Shown one piece after another: positions 53,792-64,000 of a stretch of 64,000 nt of DNA. Below the pieces are notes generated by a model. The model ran no database searches. It was not told where the DNA came from and was given only the letters and a program-made list of their open reading frames with translations. Numbering within the stretch: position 1 is the stretch's first letter; each line of letters starts with the position of its first letter. A program made the translations under genes and the position numbers. The DNA lies in the NCBI RefSeq assembly GCF_009914755.1, contig NC_060946.1; one strand, given 5' to 3'. The DNA comes from the human T2T-CHM13v2.0 reference genome, Homo sapiens.

Positions 53792-55922
53792 TTATATATG
53801 GTATATACTATATGTTATGGAATATGCTTTATATGTAATATATAACCTCATATATATTATATGTCATAATACATAATATTTATCCTATGTCATCTTATAT
53901 ATATTATGTATATTACATAATGTATATAATATATAATACATATTATGCATCTTAAATATGAAATATATATAATTATTGATAACATCACATATAGTTATAT
54001 ATAATATGATATATAACGTATATACTATATCATATGTGATATATAATATATATATTTTTATTACATATTATAATTTATATATATTATAATTTATATAAAG
54101 ATATAATTATTTATGTAATATAAATAATTATATATAATTATATAATGAGGTATAATATAAATAATAATATATACGATTACATATTTATGTAGTTATCTGT
54201 ATAAAAACATAATTATATATATAATTATATATATCATATCATAGACAACATACATATTATATAATGTATAATATATATTATACAATATATGATACATATA
54301 TGATATGTAATATATCATAATAGAATATATATTTTAATATTATGTATGTAACTTATATTATGTGATATATAATATATATTATGTAATATAAAATAATATA
54401 ATATAATATATATTATATTATGATATATTATGTAAAGTAAGTAATAAAATTACATATAACATAATATATAGTTATGTATCATATAACGTATAATTATATA
54501 CGTTATATTTTATATGTACATATAATATTATACAGTTATATATAATTGTGAATAGTTACATATAATGTAATATAAAACATATATAATATATATCATAAAA
54601 TATATATTTTATACCATATATAATATGTATCATATATTGTGTGTTATATGTCATATATTGTATATCATATATCGTATGTTATATGTTATATATATCACAT
54701 TCCACATATTGTGTATTATAAATTATATATAATATATGACATACATTACATTATATTTGATAAATTATACATTATATGTAACATAGTATATATTATATGT
54801 AACATGTATATTCTACGGAAAATATATAATATATAACATATATTACATATAATTAATGACATAGACATATAATATATATTTAATATATGTATTATACATA
54901 CAACATATTGTATATAATATATAACATATATTACATAAAAGTCATAAAATATAATATATATTGTATGTCATATTTTACATTTACAGTTATATATTATTAT
55001 ATGTTATTTTATCTCATATATAACATAGAAACAATATATATTATATATAATGTATATTATATATAACATAGATATAATAGATATAATATATGTAAGTTAT
55101 ATTATATATTTAATACGTATATTAACCATATAATATATTCTATATATGAAATATAATATATCTTATATATGTCATAAAATATAACGTATATTATGTGTCA
55201 TATTGTATAAATATAATGCTTATCTATTATCAATTATTATATGACATATAATATATATATTATAAGACGCAAGATGTAAAACAATATTATATATATGTTA
55301 TATGTATCATATATACGATACTATATATGATTATATACATAATGTATATTTATATTTGTGGGTGCCCTATTCCCCATCTGATAACTTGTTGTAAGAAGCG
55401 CAGCGTAATAATGTGTGTGCTTGGGATTCTGTTTTTGAAACAAAACACTGAGCCTTCAATGACCTTTCGGTCTCTGTCAAAGCACTCCTGTCTTCCTGGC
55501 AGCTGTTGGACCTCACAATGTGGATTGTGCCCTCACCCTGCAATGTTGATGCCCTATCGCCATGGTGACGGGATTAGGGATCTCCTGCTCTTGGTCCTAA
55601 GGGCCACTGTCTGTGCTGTGTTTTCCAAAGGTCAGAACAGATTGAACCTTTGTGGTTTTATTTTCCCTGAGTTTGATTTTTCTCATGGGGAACCTGTGTT
55701 GCTGCTTTGAACGTATATTCATACTGGCCTTTCAAATGCCAACTCTTCATATTACTAGTTAATGCTTTCAAAATATGTTATTTAAAAAATGATCCTCAGT
55801 ATTGTCCATATGCAGTTATAAATACGTTTCATGGTTATGTTTTATTCCTCAGTTTACATATTTGATTATTGTACCAAGCAGAGTACCTTTGAAATGTTTT
55901 TCCATTTAAAAAATATGAATCT

Positions 55923-56214
<292 letters not shown>

Positions 56215-58336
56215 TTATATATGGTATATACTATATGTTATGGAATATGCTTTATATGTAATATATAACCTCATATATATTATATGTCATAATACATAAT
56301 ATTTATCCTATGTCATCTTATATATATTATGTATATTACATAACGTATATAATATATAATACATATTATGCATCTTAAATATGAAAATATATAATTATTG
56401 ATAACATAACATACAATTATATATAATATGATATATAACGTATATACTATATCATATGTGATATATAATATATATATTTTTATTACATATTATAATTTAT
56501 ATATATTATAATTTATATAAAGATATAATTATTTATGTAATATAAATATATATAATTATATAATGAGGTATAATATAAATAATAATACATACGATTACAT
56601 ATTTATGTAGTTATCTGTATAAAAATATAATTATATATATAATTATATATATCTTATCATAGACAACATACATATTATATAATGTATAATATATATTATA
56701 CAATATATGATACATATATGATATTTAATATATCATAATAGAATATATATTTTAATATTATGTATGTAACATACATTATGTGATATATAATATATATTAT
56801 GTAATATAAAATAATATAATATAATATATATTATATTATGATATATTATGTAAAGTAAGTAATAAAATTACATATAACATAATATATAGTTATGTATAAT
56901 ATAACGTATAATTATATACGTTATATTTTATATGTACATATAATATTATACAGTTATATATAATTTTGAATAGTTACATATAATGTAATATAAAACATAT
57001 ATAATATATATCATAAAATATATATTTTATACCATATATAATATGTATCATATATTGTGTGTTATATGTCATATATTGTATATCATATATCGTATGTTAT
57101 ATGTTATATATATCACATTCCACATATTGTGTATTATAAATTATATATAATATATGACATACATTACATTATATTTGATAAATTATACATTATATGTAAC
57201 ATAGTATATATTATATGTAACATGTATATTCTATGGAAAATATATAATATATAACATATATTACACATAATTAATGACATAGACATATAATATATATTTA
57301 ATATATGTATTATACATACAACATATTGTATATAATATATAACATATATTACATAAAAGTCATAAAATATAATATATATTGTATGTCATATTTTCATTTA
57401 CAGTTATATATTATATGTTATTTTATCTCATATATAACATAGAAACAATATATATTATATATAATGTATATTATATATAACATAGATATAATAGATATAA
57501 TATATGTAATGTATATTATATATTTAATACGTATATTAACAATATAATATATTCTATATATGAAATATAATATATCTTATATATGTCATAAAATATAACG
57601 TATATTATGTGTCATATTGTATAAATATAATGCTTATCTATTATCAATTATTATATGACATATAATATATATAATATAAGACGCAGGATGTAAAACAATA
57701 TTATATATATGTTATATGTATTATATATACGATACTATATATTATTATATACATAATGTATATTTATATTTGTGGGTGCCCTATTCCCCATCTGATAACT
57801 TGTTGTAAGAAGCGCAGCGTAATAATGTGTGGGCTTGGGATTCTGTTTTTGAAACAAAACACTGAGCCTTCAATGACCTTTCGGTCTCTGTAAAAGCACT
57901 CCTGTCTTCCTGGCAGCTGTTGGACCTCACAATGTGGATTGTGCCCTCACCCTGCAATGTTGATGCCCTATCGCCATGGTGACGGGATTAGGGATCTCCT
58001 GCTCTTGGTCCTAAGGGCCACTGTCTGTGCTGTGTTTTCCAAAGGTCAGAACAGATTGAACCTTTGTGGTTTTATTTTCCCTGAGTTTGATTTTTCTCAT
58101 GGGGAACCTGTGTTGCTGCTTTGAACGTATATTCATACTGGCCTTTCAAATGCCAACTCTTCATATTACTAGTTAATGCTTTCAAAATATGTTATTTAAA
58201 AAATGATCCTCAGTATTGTCCATATGCAGTTATAAATACGTTTCATGGTTATGTTTTATTCCTCAGTTTACATATTTGATTATTGTACCAAGCAGAGTAC
58301 CTTTGAAATGTTTTTCCATTTAAAAAATATGAATCT

Positions 58337-58625
58337 TGGCTCAGGCCTGTAACCCCAGCAAATTTGGAGGCCAAGGCAAGGGGATCACAAGGTGAAGAGA
58401 TCAAGACCATCCTGGCCAATACAGTGAAAGGCTGACACTACTAAAAATCCAAAAAACTAGCTAGGCATGGTGGCATCTGGTGTAGTCCCAGTGTGGTGTA
58501 GTCCCAGCTACCTGGGAGGCTAAGGGAGGACGATCGCTTGAAGCCGTGAGGCAGATGTTGCAGTGAGCAAAGATGGCGCCATTGTACTTCACCCTGTGAA
58601 ACACAAGACTCTGTCTGAAAAAAAA
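58337..58625 (+). mobile_element. Diverged Alu, copy 25, 3-bp-deletion variant
   Basis: Same Alu motifs; 3' end reads gtgaaacacaag. Confidence 0.95.
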
Positions 58626-60755
58626 TTATATATGGTATATACTATATGTTATGGAATATGCTTTATATGTAATATATAACCTCATATATATTATATGTCA
58701 TAATACATAATATTTATCCTATGTCATCTTATATATATTATGTATATTACATAACGTATATAATATATAATACATATTATGCATCTTAAATATGAAAATA
58801 TATAATTATTGATAACATCACATATAGTTATATATAATATGATATATAACGTATATACTATATCATATGTGATATATAATATATATATTTTTATTACATA
58901 TTATAATTTATATATATTATAATTTATATAAAGATATAATTATTTATGTAATATAAATAATTATATATAATTATATAATGAGGTATAATATAAATAATAA
59001 TATATACGATTACATATTTATGTAGTTATCTGTATAAAAACATAATTATATATATAATTATATATATCATATAATGGACAACATACATATTATATAATGT
59101 ATAATATATATTATACAATATATGATACATATATGATATGTAATATATCATAATAGAATATATATTTTAATATTATGTATGTAACTTATATTATGTGATA
59201 TATAATATATATTATGTAATATAAAATAATATAATATAATATATATTATATTATGATATATTATGTAAAGTAAGTAATAAAATTACATATAACATAATAT
59301 ATAGTTATGTATAATATAACGTATAATTATATACGTTATATTTTATATGTACATATAATATTATACAGTTATATATAATTTTGAATAGTTACATATAATG
59401 TAATATAAAACATATATAATGTATATCATAAAATATATATTTTATACCATATATAATATGTATCATATATTGTGTGTTATATGTCATATATTGTATATCA
59501 TATATCGTATGTTATATGTTATATATATCACATTCCACATATTGTGTATTATAAATTATATATAATATATGACATACATTACATTATATTTGATAAATTA
59601 TACATTATATGTAACATAGTATATATTATATGTAACATGTATATTCTACGGAAAATATATAATATATAACATATATTACATATAATTAATGACATAGACA
59701 TATAATATATATTTAATATATGTATTATACATACAACATATTGTATATAATATATAACATATATTACATAAAAGTCATAAAATATATTATATATTGTATG
59801 TCATATTTTACATTTACAGTTATATATTATTATATGTTATTTTATCTCATATATAACATAGAAACAATATATATTATATATAATGTATATTATATATAAC
59901 ATAGATATAATAGATATAATATATGTAAGGTATATTATATATTTAATACGTATATTAACCATATAATATATTCTATATATGAAATATAATATATCTTATA
60001 TATGTCATAAAATATAACGTATATTATGTGTCATATTGTATAAATATAATGCTTATCTATTATCAATTATTATATGACATATAATATATATATTATAAGA
60101 CGCAAGATGTAAAACAATATTATATATATGTTATATGTATCATATATACGATACTATATATGATTATATACATAATGTATATTTATATTTGTGGGTGCCC
60201 TATTCCCCATCTGATAACTTGTTGTAAGAAGCGCAGCGTAATAATGTGTGTGCTTGGGATTCTGTTTTTGAAACAAAACACTGAGCCTTCAATGACCTTT
60301 CGGTCTCTGTCAAAGCACTCCTGTCTTCCTGGCAGCTGTTGGACCTCACAATGTGGATTGTGCCCTCACCCTGCAATGTTGATGCCCTATCGCCATGGTG
60401 ACGGGATTAGGGATCTCCTGCTCTTGGTCCTAAGGGCCACTGTCTGTGCTGTGTTTTCCAAAGGTCAGAACAGATTGAACCTTTGTGGTTTTATTTTCCC
60501 TGAGTTTGATTTTTCTCATGGGGAACCTGTGTTGCTGCTTTGAACGTATATTCATACTGGCCTTTCAAATGCCAACTCTTCATATTACTAGTTAATGCTT
60601 TCAAAATATGTTATTTATAAAATGATCCTCAGTATTGTCCATATGCAGTTATAAATACGTTTCATGGTTATGTTTTATTCCTCAGTTTACATATTTGATT
60701 ATTGTACCAAGCAGAGTACCTTTGAAATGTTTTTCCATTTAAAAAATATGAATCT

Positions 60756-61047
<292 letters not shown>

Positions 61048-63172
61048 TTATATATGGTATATACTATATGTTATGGAATATGCTTTATATGTAATATATA
61101 ACCTCATATATATTATATGTCATAATACATAATATTTATCCTATGTCATCTTATATATATTATGTATATTACATAACGTATATAATATATAATACATATT
61201 ATGCATCTTAAATATGAAAATATATAATTATTGATAACATAACATACAATTATATATAATATGATATATAACGTATATACTATATCATATGTGATATATA
61301 ATATATATATTTTTATTACATATTATAATTTATATATATTATAATTTATATAAAGATATAATTATTTATGTAATATAAATATATATAATTATATAATGAG
61401 GTATAATATAAATAATAATACATACGATTACATATTTATGTAGTTATCTGTATAAAAAGATAATTATATATATAATTATATATATCTTATCATAGACAAC
61501 ATACATATTATATAATGTATAATATATATTATACAATATATGATACATATATGATATTTAATATATCATAATAGAATATATATTTTAATATTATGTATGT
61601 AACATACATTATGTGATATATAATATATATTATGTAATATAAAATAATATAATATAATATATATTATATTATGATATATTATGTAAAGTAAGTAATAAAA
61701 TTACATATAACATAATATATAGTTATGTATAATATAACGTATAATTATATACGTTATATTTTATATGTACATATAATATTATACAGTTATATATAATTTT
61801 GAATAGTTACATATAATGTAATATAAAACATATATAATATATATCATAAAATATATATTTTATACCATATATAATATGTATCATATATTGTGTGTTATAT
61901 GTCATATATTGTATATCATATATCGTATGTTATATGTTATATATATCACATTCCACATATTGTGTATTATAAATTATATATAATATATGACATACATTAC
62001 ATTATATTTGATAAATTATACATTATATGTAACATAGTATATATTATATGTAACATGTATATTCTATGGAAAATATATAATATATAACATATATTACACA
62101 TAATTAATGACATAGACATATAATATATATTTAATATATGTATTATACATACAACATATTGTATATAATATATAACATATATTACATAAAAGTCATAAAA
62201 TATAATATATATTGTATGTCATATTTTCATTTACAGTTATATATTATTATATGTTATTTTATCTCATATATAACATAGAAACAATATATATTATATATAA
62301 TGTATATTATATATAACATAGATATAATAGATATAATATATGTAATGTATATTATATATTTAATACGTATATTAACAATATAATATATTCTATATATGAA
62401 ATATAATATATCTTATATATGTCATAAAATATAACGTATATTATGTGTCATATTGTATAAATATAATGCTTATCTATTATCAATTATTATATGACATATA
62501 ATATATATAATATAAGACGCAGGATGTAAAACAATATTATATATATGTTATATGTATTATATATACGATACTATATATTATTATATACATAATGTATATT
62601 TATATTTGTGGGTGCCCTATTCCCCATCTGATAACTTGTTGTAAGAAGCGCAGCGTAATAATGTGTGGGCTTGGGATTCTGTTTTTGAAACAAAACACTG
62701 AGCCTTCAATGACCTTTCGGTCTCTGTAAAAGCACTCCTGTCTTCCTGGCAGCTGTTGGACCTCACAATGTGGATTGTGCCCTCACCCTGCAATGTTGAT
62801 GCCCTATCGCCATGGTGACGGGATTAGGGATCTCCTGCTCTTGGTCCTAAGGGCCACTGTCTGTGCTGTGTTTTCCAAAGGTCAGAACAGATTGAACCTT
62901 TGTGGTTTTATTTTCCCTGAGTTTGATTTTTCTCATGGGGAACCTGTGTTGCTGCTTTGAACGTATATTCATACTGGCCTTTCAAATGCCAACTCTTCAT
63001 ATTACTAGTTAATGCTTTCAAAATATGTTATTTAAAAAATGATCCTCAGTATTGTCCATATGCAGTTATAAATACGTTTCATGGTTATGTTTTATTCCTC
63101 AGTTTACATATTTGATTATTGTACCAAGCAGAGTACCTTTGAAATGTTTTTCCATTTAAAAAATATGAATCT

Positions 63173-63461
63173 TGGCTCAGGCCTGTAACCCCAGCAAATT
63201 TGGAGGCCAAGGCAAGGGGATCACAAGGTGAAGAGATCAAGACCATCCTGGCCAATACAGTGAAAGGCTGACACTACTAAAAATCCAAAAAACTAGCTAG
63301 GCATGGTGGCATCTGGTGTAGTCCCAGTGTGGTGTAGTCCCAGCTACCTGGGAGGCTGAGGGAGGACGATCGCTTGAAGCCGTGAGGCAGATGTTGCAGT
63401 GAGCAAAGATGGCGCCATTGTACTTCACCCTGTGAAACACAAGACTCTGTCTGAAAAAAAA
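63173..63461 (+). mobile_element. Diverged Alu, copy 27, 3-bp-deletion variant
   Basis: Same Alu motifs; 3' end reads gtgaaacacaag. Confidence 0.95.
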
Positions 63462-64000
63462 TTATATATGGTATATACTATATGTTATGGAATATGCTTT
63501 ATATGTAATATATAACCTCATATATATTATATGTCATAATACATAATATTTATCCTATGTCATCTTATATATATTATGTATATTACATAACGTATATAAT
63601 ATATAATACATATTATGCATCTTAAATATGAAAATATATAATTATTTATAACATCACATATAGTTATATATAATATGATATATAACGTATATACTATATC
63701 ATATGTGATATATAATATATATATTTTTATTACATATTATAATTTATATATATTATAATTTATATAAAGATATAATTATTTATGTAATATAAATAATTAT
63801 ATATAATTATATAATGAGGTATAATATAAATAATAATATATACGATTACATATTTATGTAGTTATCTGTATAAAAACATAATTATATATATAATTATATA
63901 TATCATATAATGGACAACATACATATTATATAATGTATAATATATATTATACAATATATGATACATATATGATATGTAATATATCATAATAGAATATATA

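Overview
The whole 64-kb window is one uninterrupted head-to-tail tandem array of a ~2.42-kb composite unit (about 26.5 copies; periods 2413-2422 bp, mean ~2417.6 bp from the ORF-track spacing). Each unit has three parts: a ~1.56-kb AT-rich degenerate (TA)n-like tract, a ~565-bp HSATI-like segment, and a ~290-bp diverged, 5'-truncated Alu with a 16-bp internal duplication and an A8 tail. This matches the known human DYZ2 / HSat1B satellite, most abundant in Yq12 heterochromatin; related copies exist on acrocentric short arms, so the Y assignment is an inference. I see no credible protein-coding gene, RNA gene, CRISPR array or novel biological system, and all listed ORFs are by-products of the repeat unit. 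The informative signal is the array's internal history. It contains two recent 3-unit tandem duplications (7245 bp and 7260 bp), a single-unit duplication nested in the second, two dimer-period stretches, chimeric junction units with mappable breakpoints, and long-range reuse of unit haplotypes. All comparisons were made by eye.
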